A DNA stretch of 63,890 nt, filler included, from Choristocarpus tenellus KU-1152 (taxonomy: Eukaryota > Protista > Phaeophyceae): assembly GCA_964200185.2 (NCBI GenBank). It is 13 parts of 13 records of this genome, joined end to end, with 100 filler letters (N's around TTAATTAATTAA, not from the genome) between each part and the next. Parts side by side here need not be neighbours in the genome. Positions count along the whole stretch, not along the records: positions 1 to 5,628 come from CAXNAD020010201.1; positions 5,729 to 8,538 come from CAXNAD020024557.1; positions 8,639 to 14,444 come from CAXNAD020009710.1; 10 more parts are not named here. One strand, written 5' to 3'. The stretch's first letter is position 1; each line of letters begins with the position of its first letter. The translations under genes and the position numbers were made by a program. Positions 1 through 12,981 of this stretch are shown piece after piece. The notes beneath the pieces were generated by a model, which did not search any database, had not been told where the DNA came from, and saw only the letters and a program-made list of their open reading frames with translations.

Positions 1-61
1 TGGAGGGTGTAGTGCCTTTGACTATGAGTTGGGATAGCCCCCAGGCTAAAATGAAGTATCA

Positions 62-240
62 GGGTCAAAGTATCTGGGGGGGGGGGGTGTCGGCGTCCAT
101 TTTTCACCCTTTTTTCGATGTTCACTTTTTTGATGTGATTTGGTCACACGTGTCGGATTTGAAATGTCAGCAAAAAAAATTGTTTAACCGAAACGGACGC
201 CCCCTCACAAACCACCCACCCCCCCCAGATACTTTGACCC
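62..240. mobile_element. MITE family A1, complete
   Basis: TIR GGGTCAAAGTATCTGGGGGG / CCCCCCAGATACTTTGACCC; 4-bp TSD ATCA (58-61, 241-244). Confidence 0.92.
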
Positions 241-3200
241 ATCAATTATATCATGCATCAAAGTAATATACAACAGGTCCACAACATGTATATGCAGTAA
301 CATTACAACTAACTAGCCTAACCAGTACAGACCAACTAAGGTGATAGAGTGTCTAGGAAGAGGGGGGATTCGGTGCTTGGGCCTCCTCTTCTGTCGTGTT
401 TCCACTTTGCTTTTCGCGTCTGAGTTAATCGTGCTGCCCATCTTCCATCTTCCTTCAACATAAAGTTGATAAGGCTCGAAATATAGAACGAGTTTATAAA
501 AAGAGTTATGCATCCACTGGTAAGAGGGGCCTTCAGCTTCCAGACTGAACCGCTTGTTGAAACAAGGCTATTCATATTCTGCTAGCGCTGCCTGTTCCAT
601 TGTCCATCTTGATATATAAATTTTTTGAGGTGCCATGGTGACATCACCAGTCTGTGCCCACAAACACAATCTGTGGTTGCTGGTTTTGCAGAGTTTGGGG
701 TGCTTTGTGCACCAGGAACAGCTACAATTCCTTTGCTATTATACTTGGTCAGGGCAAAGGGACCAGCGATCTTGAACGACCCTCAGGGTTTCCCTTTAGT
801 GTGTGGTCTACGCATTCCAACTCTCCCGACACTTATTACAGCAATTTTCTCCTTCTTCCATCCTTTTTCTTTCTGTTAAAGTTGTGCCGTAATTGTAGGA
901 AGTACCTCTCTGTGATGTTGGCTCCCTGCTGCCCCCTTACCCTTGAATCAGCATTGTGCTCACACAGGTGTACCTGTAGTAGAACCGTTCTCTTTTCAAA
1001 TAACTAGTCCATTATCCCTGCCTTAACATTTTGGTTAGGGGCACAGATTGTGTCGGGACTCTACTTCAGCCCATTGGTCTTCCTGTGGTGTCTGTGAAGA
1101 TGATGCGCACAGTGAACAACTATTTATTGCGTGAGCCTACTAAGTACTACAAACCTAAAATCTACTCCGAAGAAAGTGATACTCCAATCTGGAGAGGGGT
1201 TGAAGAAGGACAAGACGAAAGTGCTGAAAAGAGGGCATTGTAGTACTTTAGTCATCACCCCGTTCTCAGGAGACACCCTCTCACGTTTGGAGAAAATATT
1301 CAGAAGTCGCAGGTTAGGTTTAGGCAATAGTGAAGTGGAATTTCTCCTAAGCACAGGGGGCAAAACTCTACCCTTATTCCAGTTAACAAAAACTCATCCT
1401 AACCCTAACCCAAATTCAACCTCAGTTCGTCAAAATTGATTCAAAATTGAGAAGACAATTTGTGAAATGTCGGCGAAATTGATGTCACGGCAAGGGTTTG
1501 GGATTAAGTTTGGGTTATGTCATAATTGTTATCCTAGGTGGAGTTGTGCCCCCCATACAGTCTACAAACCAATCCAAATCAAACCAATTTCTTGTGAAAA
1601 CACAAAATCACGAATTTAGGCTGTATCTAGGAAGTACACACGTACTTTGTAGTGTACATTACAATATTGTTTTGAAAAAAATTGAGGAATTTCAAGGCAA
1701 GACCAGAAGGCGATACAAATATTACGCTGTCTCCAAGGCTCTTCTATTAGTCTTAACAAAACAGCTTCTCCTGTAGCGTATGGGTAGAATTGTGAGCAGT
1801 TGCATTATTAATATAGATACAACAGAATCGGTCCCCCATTCATCGCAACATGTCCCTCGCCCGTGCCCCCATACGCACATATGTGTACATTAAATTTACG
1901 TGTGGCATCAACATACACACGCATACAATATGCAACATGAATGTATCATATTGATATGAGTATATCCAATGTCGTGTAAGGAAGGGGGGGGCCCTAGGGG
2001 TGTACCTAACCGATGGATTGAGATATTTGGAGAGAGAATACTGTTGGCATAACATACAACATGGGACAATACCACAAGGATTACGAGATGATGCGGTTAA
2101 TACCTGCTACATTGAATCCCTCCACCTATTGCAGCAGTACTTGGTATAGTGACAGCAACAATAAGAAAGTAGTAGTAGTTGTAGCAATGGCCACTTGGAA
2201 ACCTTGGTGACGGTCTGCCTCCTTCTTGCTTCCCAAACACTCGTTCATTGGAGTCGTAAAGTGGAGTATGACTGACCACTTCTCTGCTCTTCTTGAGTTC
2301 GGGTCACCTCTCCCTCGTCCCCCTCCCAGCTCTTGTCAATACGATATCTCCACCTTATTCAGCATCCTTTGTTGGTTCTTGCCCTTCCCTTCACATATTC
2401 CCTGTTCTCAAGTGTGAGATCCTGTGTATCTTAGTCTGGAGAAAATAAGCTTCCACAGTAAGCAAGTAGACCCATTAAAACCAATTGTGTGAAGGTGTAT
2501 AGGCCATGGGACTGTCCCTTGCCTTGACGTGGACTCAACCACACGCTAACTCCAGATAATAGATTAATATTTTATTATCACAAATTAGCTCATGTATGTT
2601 GCAGTTATATTCGAGAGAAAGAAAAACAGTTGGCAGATTTTGCCAAGGAGAAGGAAGCAACATACAGCGTACTCAAACACGTGGTCAGAGTGGTCAGAGA
2701 GGCAATGTAAAAGAGAGAAAAAATGGATATAGGATCGATCTATGTCCCGAAAAAAGGCAGATCCAGTCACCCTCCTCCAAACAAGGAATGAAGAATAAGA
2801 GAAACAGCTTAGCTGCCAGAATCACAAATGATTGGTGGTCAAGGTCACTTTCGCGTGACGGATTTGTGCCTGCTTCGACCTCACCAATATGCCAGGCATC
2901 CATTTAACGATATGCTTGTACGCCGTCGATATTTGATATTTCTACTGTGTCATATTATTGTATCGTATTACGCTGTCCAAACATCGGGCGGTTTCAAAGA
3001 TTAATATATACGATTACTTCAGTTATGCATTAAGATCTACAGAACTCTACCAAACTCCTTCAATAGACACAATAAGGAAGGCCACCACAATACACATTCA
3101 CCCCACCCGTCAAGTGCTCGAGAGTACGATCGCGTCCTAAGAAAGCAACAACCCTATACTTTGAGAGAAGGGGGACACGATGATGAGGGTACTAAGGGTG

Positions 3201-5451
3201 TTCGTTCTACTGCTCATTACTCTTTTCTCAACTGAAGGGGTGAGGTCATGCGAACCAGCGAATCTTAGAGCTCTATATCTACATGGGCATTCACTTATTA
3301 TTATGCAGGGCCCATGATCGTTAACGCTGTCCACACGTATGCGTCGCATCTTTCGCCCTTACAAAGTTCCTCTGACAGACTTGGCATCGCCGAAATCTTC
3401 TCTGTTTTTGCATTGAGCAATCATGGTCAAGTCGAGTCTTCTCCTGGGGGGAAACAAATCAATACTGTCAACGCTAACTGCTGTAGTACTCACTCTGCCC
3501 GCATCGGTGGCAGTCCAGGTCTCGATCACAGCTGGCTCAGGTGTGGCACAGTTGTGACTAACGCCGCATCCCTTCGCGTTCGTTCTGCCGGATCTATATG
3601 ATGCAGTTTCTTTTCCGTTCATTGGCACCTCAAGGCCGCCACATGGGACGGATGGTCGCAGTAGTCCTGTGCTCACCAAGCAAGGTGTGTGAGGATGGCA
3701 CCCGCCTTTCCTGGACCGTGCAAGATATATTTGAAGACGGTACAGATTCATGTACGAGACCTCTGTGCTCGGAGGAGCAACATGGTTCCGCCTGGTGGAT
3801 ACGCCAAAAGGAACTTGTTGATACTTCAAAGGTGAGACTGGTAAATCTAGAGGTGTGCAAGATCCCTTAACGATGAATTGGATGTGGTATTACTACGTCC
3901 GTCCGTGGGCAATTCCCGTGTGAGGGAATTGTCATCGTCATAACTCGACATCTCGCTCCTGTACCTATGTGAGCTCCAGTGTTTTCTCTGCTCTCACACT
4001 TTGATAATCACTCAAGTATGTCTACCTGATATACCTGCTCCTAACTACTACCGGGAGAATATATTGTCTCACGATAGGGAAGTGAACAGTGAGACTACCA
4101 GGTACCAAAGTATATCGTAGGAGCAAACGAGAGGGGTCGGCTGATCATTAGGTGATCCCCAGTATATTACTCCTCTCATGCTTTCGCTAGTACTACTACT
4201 GATTTTCAACGCATGGAAAGTGCCACTGTGTAAGCTCTCTTTTTTTCCAAACTTTGATTGACTCCCACATACACACTAGATACACACACATAATACACGC
4301 ACATACGTGAGCAATCACACAATGCAATGACCCCTCAGATAATTGATTGGGGATCAGCTCTAGTCGATGTCTTTACTACTACCATGATGTCCATCATGCC
4401 ATCATCATGGGCGGCATTTCACAATAGCAGCAGGAGCAGCAGCAGTGGCAGCAGCAGTACTGTTCAGGCAAGACTTCCTTCCCCCCCATGTGTTGTGAAG
4501 ATTGTAGCTCCAACAAGCAGTGTTAGTAGGGACTGTGTGATTCTAGTATTGGTCAAACTTGAACCACTCCACATCCTAGACTGTTACTTTGTGATCGCAT
4601 GTCTGACATGTGCGGATTAACATCACGATGCTCTGTACAGGTTGGTTCCCTACTTCCCTGGGAGCGGTTCCTTCCAATTTGCATGTGAGTCTACTGCAAA
4701 CAGTATTAGGTTAAGAGGCTTGCTTGGCATTCTGAACTGAAGATCATAGACAATTAACCTGCAGACTTACCAAGTATCTAACCAAACTTAGGGAGTTGGC
4801 ATCATTGAATCATGCCCAGATACATGTTTATTGTATGGGGCACAGCTCCTGTTCTTGCCACATCCAGGAAGTCAAATAAATTTAATCACATTGCTGGGCT
4901 GTTGTGCACAAAAGAGGTAGGTATGGAAGGAAAACTTCAAACTGTTCAATACAGACTTCCAAAAATTTGACTCTTTCCCGTTTCTTCCACACCCTCAGAA
5001 GAAGAAGGTGGAGGCACAGGCGCATGCTGAGCAGAAGACTCGCGAGGAGATTAGTTTCCATTTTTTTAACCTTTATTGCCAAATTGTCTTTCAAGTCTTT
5101 ATCATACATACCTTGTTGAGGATTCGTGACACCTATCGCTATTTCTAGGCGTTTGTATGTAGGGATTGGTGACCAGGCAGCACATGGATTGTCAAGATTT
5201 TGCCTTAAATTAATGTGGGAAAATACCTATTAAAGAAACAATCAGTTGAGGATAATTAGAGAGTTGTTAGGAGAACTGTAGGATAGCTGTATAGTTAATA
5301 GCAATCTCTCTGTGTATAGTGATCAAGAGAACAATATCCAGGATATTGCAGTATCATAAGAAGAATTCAGGAATAGGAAACATTGTAGCAAGTAATCTGT
5401 GCTTAGTGATTACTGATACATAGAATAGGACTGATTTGGTGGCAAGGACGA

Positions 5452-5628
5452 GGCTCAAAGTATCTGGGGGGGGTGGCGGCTGTCCTTTTGGGGTCAAAGT
5501 TTTTCATGTCTCGATTTTTGGGTGGATTGGTTGCATACGTCGTTTGGATAATGTAAGCGCACCTTTCTTGATTTTGGTCCAAAATGGACACCCTGGTGTA
5601 GACCCATCACATCCTCGCCCCCCCATCC
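5452..5628. mobile_element. MITE family A2, truncated by contig end
   Basis: GGCTCAAAGTATCTGGGG terminus; interior homologous to 24409-24587 and 63676-63846. Confidence 0.85.
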
Positions 5629-5728
5629 NNNNNNNNNNNNNNNNNNNNNNNNNNNNNNNNNNNNNNNNNNNNTTAATTAATTAANNNNNNNNNNNNNNNN
5701 NNNNNNNNNNNNNNNNNNNNNNNNNNNN
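5629..5728. other. Artificial contig spacer; also at 8539, 14445, 21422, 31995, 35260, 39141, 46914, 50585, 54422, 58471, 61258
   Basis: Identical 100-nt N44-TTAATTAATTAA-N44 blocks; TTAATTAATTAA gives stops in all six frames. Confidence 0.97.
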
Positions 5729-5783
5729 ATGAAAAAATTGACCCCAAATGGACAGCCACCACCCCCCCCAGATACTTTGAGCC
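5729..5783. mobile_element. MITE family A2 end, a separate copy in inverted orientation
   Basis: AAAAAATTGACCCCAAATGGACAGCC...CCCCAGATACTTTGAGCC. Confidence 0.8.
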
Positions 5784-6355
5784 CACACACATTTGATTCT
5801 CACTCCTCTGACCTCTCCACTGTACACACACATGATCCAGACGGGCTGGCCACTCCTGGAGGGGGCTATATGTATACCATATATGTATTGTACTGTACAA
5901 AGGGATGAAAACAGGACTCTAATTATGTGGCGAGGTACCAACCTTCCCTAGAGTCGGAAATAGCTGTTGGGATCAGTGTGTCAGTATCACAGTATGAGGT
6001 TATTCATGATGGTGTAACTGAGCCCAACAAGCCATGATGGATTCTTCATTTTCTATTACATTTATACCATATCGCCAACTAAGTCATAGAGCAAATCACA
6101 TCCAACAAACCAGTGTGCACAAAGCATTCTTAAAATGGCATCAAATTAAATGTCCAGTCTGCGTAAGATGCACAGCACTATTGTACTCAAGAGAGACCTA
6201 TACACCTCCCCATAACTCCAAAAAAAAGGACTACACAAAGAAAAAAAAGCCTTAACTTCCTTTGGTAAAGTATGTCTCTTGTAGTGGATCTATGTGTTCT
6301 ACAATCATCCTGGCGACACATGATGCAGGATTGCTAGCAACTCTCTTGCCCCTCG

Positions 6356-7432
6356 TCATTCCTCATCCCTATTGCTTGCAGCCTCCTTCATCAGTTGATA
6401 TTGTTGCGCCCACAGGACCTCAAAGTTGCTCAGGTGCCGAGCATACCTGTCATTTCACAGTGAGACTTCAAAAAAATGTATTAATTTTAACGCTCAAGCA
6501 TAGGGCATGTTCAAGAAGACAATGCTGGTGATAGTTGTGGGCGTGAAGGAGGAAGTGTGAACAAAAAAGGTGCTGACACAAGGGGCTGCGGGCATGGACG
6601 TTGTGGCACCTAATAAAGACCAGAGTCGTGACAAGGTTGAGAGGTAACCAGCTTTCCAAAAGCAACACAATTTACACCAGTAGAGTTAGTCTACATGTCA
6701 CATCCGGCCAACAGCATACCTTTGCCCAGCAACCTCCCATACCCCCTCAATTTCATTGATTATAACTTTGGCATCAGTCTAATCAGATAATTTCGTGGAA
6801 TTTATGGTGCAAATTCTACACCAGCACCTGAGCCTGTGCACATGGGACAAAACACCAGGATTCTCTGAGTGTGATAAAGGAGTACACTCTTCAACAGTGC
6901 CATATTTCCACAAAAAAATAATAAAAGTTCCCTACACAGAATCACACAGAAGTTGGATATGCAGGAAGAAGTCACTCAGACAAACACCTGCATTGTCCCA
7001 TACCGATCCAAACATGTATTTACACCCAGAAAACATTTTGATTGCATACCCCCTTCCTCCGAAATACCCTTGAGTATGTGTAAGTGTTCCGCCTACCACT
7101 CCAGTTGGCCATACACAGAATAAGTAACTCTTCGCTGTCACTGCATTCCTCCAATAACTGTCTCACAGAATTATCACAGCATGGGAAACAAGAAAATGAT
7201 CCGCAGGCACCCTTACAACACCACTGTATCGCCAGAAAGCAAGCCAGAAACGCCTCCTTATAAAGTCCTGTACAAGTGCACTTCACATCCAACATACACC
7301 ACTCACAATTCCCGTAGCTTCCAAGCTCTGTCCGCCAATTCCATAGGTAGCTGGAGTTGACGAGCAGTGGCAGACCAGGCATCCAAGTCCTTCAGAGCAT
7401 AGAAGCCCCCCCTTGCAGTTACACGCTGGTAC
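6356..7432 (-). CDS. ARID/BRIGHT DNA-binding domain protein, last two exons (7432-7307; 6446-6356 including TGA)
   Basis: A phase-2/phase-2 splice gives (L)YQRVTARGGFYALKDLDAWSATARQLQLPMELADRAWKLRELYARHLSNFEVLWAQQYQLMKEAASNRDEE*. This matches the ARID pattern LY..V..RGG....W...A..L..P.....LR..Y.+.L..FE. Not shown in the ORF track. Confidence 0.85.
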
Positions 7433-8505
7433 CTGCCCAAAACAGTTCAAGTTTCACATTGGAAGGCGCAGCACAACAGCCAACGGAGTAAGGACATGTT
7501 GTTGGCAAGGACAACAATGTCTACTTGAAAAGTCTAACATACAGAGTTTGATCAGGGGATGACAGTGCAGGATATCAGGCGTCGGAATAGGGGGTATCAG
7601 TAGCCCCCACTCGGAAAAGATAGTCAATCTTGGAAGTGATTGCTGTAAAACATATATATATGTTTTTGTTGAGGCGTAAGGGAATGAAGTTATTATTATT
7701 ACTGCACTAGAAGCGTTCTACATTTGAAATACATTTCAAAATGAGTTCAGGATGACACATCACAATAATGTGCCAGCCCTGGTGGTAAGGAATATAGTTG
7801 ATGACACTTTGGGAAGAACCTCGGTTGCAGAGCAAAGCCAGCAAAAGTACGGTGAAATGGGGAAGCAGGACAACAGAAGAGCGTCATCAGGCCTCGATTG
7901 AAATTAATATTTCCACATTCTACCTTTTCAATGTTGATTTCCACCCCAAACAACTATTAAGAAGCATGAGACACAAATAGAACCAGCTGTATCATCCAAT
8001 GACAATATCTAACTAACCAGACCAATCACAAACCTTTGAGAATATATGACTTTCGCCCACCCGTCTTTCAATTAGATCACTCACATTTGTTCCAATCATT
8101 TTTTTTTTAAACTAGTCCACATAAGCAGAGATTCTAAAATGTGGTTGGAGTTCAAGGTATGGGTAACTTCAGGGCTAGGTTAAGGACTCTAAAATGCAGC
8201 ACATTTCGGCAAGTGAGAATGGAGGACAAAGCTCAGGTTTCACATTTTTTAGACCTGGTGCACAGCATGTGCATTACTATCTTAACTCATGTCATGGTTG
8301 ATATACACAGGATCCAACCAACAATAGTGAAGTATGTACTATCCACCCTTACTTCTACTTGAAACATTAATCTAACCTGTACCTGTACCTGTCCATACCT
8401 GCACAAGGTATTTCAGAGTGTAATAGTCTGCATCAGTCAGACTCAGAAACCAAACCACAACAGTAATCATCACGACCAAGAATATACTTTTTATACATGT
8501 GTAAA

Positions 8506-8538
8506 GGGTCAAAGTATCTGGGGGGGGGGGGGGGGCGG
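8506..8538. mobile_element. MITE family A terminus at contig end
   Basis: GGGTCAAAGTATCT followed by poly-G, truncated by the spacer. Confidence 0.75.
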
Positions 8539-10587
8539 NNNNNNNNNNNNNNNNNNNNNNNNNNNNNNNNNNNNNNNNNNNNTTAATTAATTAANNNNNN
8601 NNNNNNNNNNNNNNNNNNNNNNNNNNNNNNNNNNNNNNAGCATACCTGACGACATGTGCATCAGGAGTCCTATACGTACATCAGTATCATCTATTGGCCC
8701 GTAGATTGGAGCTATACATCCTGTGGAGGTAAGCTTTGAGGGGCGCCTGTAACATAAGAAAGGTGCCTTAGAATGCAAATGGGTCCAAACCTGTCTACCT
8801 AACAATTGGCTTGGCTCTTCAGATGTGTGGAGGATGGAGCTAAACACCTGGAGAACCATCCTATCTTAGAGGGGGGTATCAAAGAGAATTTGAGACGACA
8901 CCTGTAAATGTTCCTAGCACTCAGGAGTGCAATTTCGTGCTTGTACGGATGAGCACCTGTCTCCTCCTCTATAGCCGTACTCTTTTGAGGGGGTTTGATG
9001 CATTTCAGGTATGGAAGATTGGGTGTGGGTTAGAAAATTCTGAAAGCCCGAAATATATTAAAGACTCGAAATAGACCCTCTTCAAAGATGGGATGCCTTG
9101 GACATTCAGCATACTAGCGATACCAAAACAGCCTCTGCTCATGGCATGAAGGTGGCCACAGTCACCCAACACACATGATATCCTGCAGAGTGTAAGGTTG
9201 TGCGTGGGATCTGGCCTGGGATACTCTCCTTGGAAGTGATGATGGCATCATCTGTGTTGCTGATGGTTGCGCAATCAGTGCTTGATATTATTTTTCTGAT
9301 GTGAAATTATTGGTGGACGTATCCCTCCTAGGACTGATGGTAATGTGGCAGGGAGCTTTGTATTATAAGATCGTGCGGACAACGCATTTTTGACGTTGGA
9401 TGGAGCACTATTTGCATTTTTTCGTGGACTTTCTACACACATGATTATGGGGACCCCTGAATGAAATCGCCGTGGGGTGGTAGATGGGAGTGCAGTAGTT
9501 AGTGCGAAAAGTAGTGTAGTGTGCAGTGCCTCTCATTATGGGTTGAGGCAATCCCTAGCTTTGACTGAAGATAATATTATATTTTGTTGTTATCTTTGCA
9601 GACCAGAGCGTATTGTAGCCGCTCAAGGACAACCATTCTAGGAAAGGATTGGGCACCATATGATTCATAGATAAACAACAAAATTCGAAACGGTTAGCTC
9701 TCATTGGAATTGATCCTTCTTCTCCAAGGGGTGAACAAGATTGAACTTGAATGTAAACAGTCCGAATAGTTGAAGAAGTTAGTTATTTTGTCAAGTTTGC
9801 AGGTGTGGTGGTTATTACTGTACAAATATGTGCGGAAAGGATGACAATATTTTCGCAGTTTGATTATTGTAGTGACAGAGTTTGTGTGGAAATATTTCTA
9901 TGTGTCAGAATATGTTTTGGTCTAGTAACGCTCAGAAAGGATAATGTGGGAAGGGTGTTCGATTCCATCACTGTCAAGCACAAATTCTACAGATGAGACT
10001 TTTCAACACCGAGTCTGATTTGGCTGATAATTTTCATGGTGTGCCGTACGACCCAACCAACCACATGGGTGAGACCGTCCAACTGGACCTCCTTTGGCCT
10101 TACTACACATCCGCTGAGCACAATTGGTAGGTATATCACCGGTATAAATATGAAAAAAAACACATCTAGAAAGGGGTAGCCTGCAAAGAAGTGGGTTTGT
10201 CAACTCCAAGGAGTCATTGGTATGAAAAATAAAAAAGAACAAAGGGGTAGCCCTCAAAGAATTGGATTTGTCATCTCCAAGGAGTCACAAAATCAGACAC
10301 TAAAACAAAGTCAGAGATGAACACATACTTTGAGGTAGGTGTGGAGTAAGTTGATGAGGAAGGTCAAAGTTGAAGGATTGGTGTTGTGGTTTTGAATTAG
10401 GTACTGATCGCGATTTCCACATTGATTTCGTTATTGTAACTGTATGTGTTACCTGTTTTTGTGCAATATTGGTTAGATCCATGGGTTTACAGGGTTGAAT
10501 GTTTAGGTAAGCAGGTTGAAGTTGTTCTTAGACCTTTCGGTTGCATGAAGATGTGTTGCATTGCCAACACTGCAGGTGCAGTCATCA

Positions 10588-10846
10588 GAGTGAAAGTATC
10601 TTAAAGGGTACGAGTTTTTCCCTGTTTGTCCATTTGGAGCTTGGCTTCCCACGGGTTTTTAATGACATTTTATCTACTCCGAAATGTTTCGGAGTAGGTA
10701 AAACGCATACATTACGAAAAGGTGTGTCTGGAACGAGGATACTGACATCTCCTAACAAACCTGGTAGCCAAAATTGCATCAAAATTGCAACATTGGATTT
10801 TGGTCCCCAAATGGACGCGGCTCTACCCTCTAAGATACTTTGACTC
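10588..10846. mobile_element. MITE family B, complete (~260 bp)
   Basis: TIR GAGTGAAAGTATCTTAAAGGGTA / TACCCTCTAAGATACTTTGACTC; 3-bp flank duplication TCA. Confidence 0.9.
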
Positions 10847-11756
10847 TCATTCTTGCATGTGCTGATGATAGAGAGTCATCAATATACTTGACAACTTCCA
10901 CCTTTTGTCGTAGAATGTACAGATTAATTGTTAATTATGTGGTGAACAACAACCCCAAGTCGGACACTCAGCATATGCCATGAATCAGTTGTTCACCTGA
11001 TGTTCATGTAGGGTATTGTTCCCACCGGAAATGATATTTTTGCACAGGTGCTCTTAGGTGCACTATTGTGAGCACCCCAAACAAAATATACGAAGATACC
11101 TGCAGATGGGATAATATTTTAAATAGGATTTATCTACTTTTAATGACGCAAGGGTTGGGATATGAGGCACAACAAAAAACAACTCACACGAGGAAGAGAC
11201 AAGGACTCAAGAAAAGGGCATCAAGATTAGGCAAGCAGTCAGTCAGTCAAACCACGGAGAAGAATACCAATGCCAAAGTGATTTAACAGTAGTAGTCATC
11301 AGGCAGCAGGGACTGGGTCTGAACCCTGGTCTGCTTGAGCCAACTTATCTGCTACTCTGGCATGGCAGAAGTAAGCTAGCATTCTCTCTTTAGTGCCATT
11401 GACCCATGAAGCACTTCAAATCATCAACCACGCATGCATGCAACTTATCATGATGGTTTGCTGCTATGGTCGTCAGCTTCTCAGATGTTATCCCCAACTT
11501 TTTTTATATCACCTTGCATGCGCGTCAGCTAGTGTTTCTCATGTCCACCTGGTGTCTGATTTCCACCCACTACCTCCTCAAACACCATAATTCTTCAGTC
11601 GATCAGCCCCCATACATGCAACCGATCCTACGAACAAGAGTCTCTGCTTCTGCACAGTTGTTTTGATATTGTCAAACTCATTCTTCACAAGGGTATCCCT
11701 GCTGGATATTATGTGTTCAGTTCACTCCCACTTCCAGAACCTGATGTAGCATAGCA

Positions 11757-12018
11757 GAGTGGAAGTATCTTAGAGGGTATGAGTTTTTCCCTGTTTATCC
11801 ATGTGGGGCTTGGCTTCCCACGGGCTTTTAATGACATTTTATGTACTACTCCCAAATGTTTTGGAGTAGGTATGGTGTATACGTTATGAAAAGGTGTGTC
11901 TGGAACAAGGATGCTCACATCTCCTAACAAACATGATAGCCAAAATTACATCAACATTGCATCATTGGGTTTTGGCCCCCGAATGGACACGACTCTACCC
12001 TCTAAGATAGTTTGACTC
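11757..12018. mobile_element. MITE family B, complete
   Basis: Same TIR; 4-bp TSD AGCA. Confidence 0.92.
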
Positions 12019-12019
12019 A

Positions 12020-12970
12020 GCAGGAATCTATGATGGTGGAAGCTCATCTTGGCATAATGGATATGATGGAGAGTGTACGTCATACAACTGTATAGCAGCA
12101 GGACTTCTAGCACTCACTCTTGAACATTGTGATCTAAGAACTCCAGTGATACATCAGAGGTTCTGGCGTAGAGCAAGCAATTGGTTGTAAGTTCAGAAGC
12201 AACTCCAGACCTTTTGAACTCTTCTAACAATCTAACCAATGACGTCAGTATTATCACTGATTGTTTCTCCAAGAGAAAAAAATGTTCTTTTGTTTGTAGG
12301 TCCGATCCAAGGCATGGATCTGCCGTGTAACTGCAGCCTAAACAGGGGGCTGAAGGCACATATTTTCTGTCTTCAGCTTAGGCATGGCAATCCAAACACC
12401 GACCCCACCTTCACAACTACTGGTATCATCCTGGCCAGGTCCTTTTGGGTATCGAAGGCAATGCCTGCGTCACCTACACAGAGCATATCCCATAGAAGGT
12501 GCTCAAGCATCGCTACAGTTTCTGTAGACTCTCCTCCTGTGACCTCGAGTTTCCTCTCATCTCCCTTGATGATGATTGGGTCTCTTGAGATGACCTGATC
12601 AGAGTTGAACTTTCTCACAGCTAGAATTAGTACTGTGGAAAAGCAAATGTTGAAAAATATAGGAGCAAAGACACACCCCTGACAAAGGCATTGGTTGACT
12701 GGGAACCAGTCAGTCCATTCCTCACCATCTATGTGGGCACATGCCCTCGTTTCATCATGAAACTGATGGATTACTGAAAGCATCTTGGTAGGTACTCGAA
12801 ACTTGGCAAATTCAGTCCACACAAGATTGCACTCAACAAGTCATATACCTTCTGGAGATTTACAAAGCTCATGAGGATGGGTGCATGTTTTTCCCTTCCA
12901 AGCTCCAGTAGGATACACAGGATGTACATCCTATTCACTGTGGGGCATTGAGGTCGAAAACCACATTAGA
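12020..12970 (-). mobile_element. Decayed RTE-clade LINE reverse transcriptase
   Basis: GFRP upstream, then WTEFAKFRVPTKMLSVIHQFHD...NQCLCQGCVFAPIFFN...WDMLCVGDAG. These are degenerate GLRQGCVLAPLLFN and LYADD motifs. Confidence 0.88.
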
Positions 12971-12981
12971 GTGTCCCTCGG

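Noticed and set aside
12-266. ORF-track proteins overlapping MITEs (QSIWGGG..., ...PPPRYFEP, ESILEGTSF...)
   Set aside because: Chance translations of non-coding MITE sequence.
1395-1412. CCTAACCCTAACCC as telomeric repeat
   Set aside because: Only about two units, internal; too short to support.
3359-5226. Possible minus-strand exons (5226-5112; ~3595-3363) in the first contig
   Set aside because: Plausible splice sites, but no phase-consistent chain or recognisable domain could be built.
5673-5684. Recurrent TTAATTAATTAA as a biological repeat or piggyBac site
   Set aside because: Always centred in identical N blocks; it is a synthetic six-frame stop linker.
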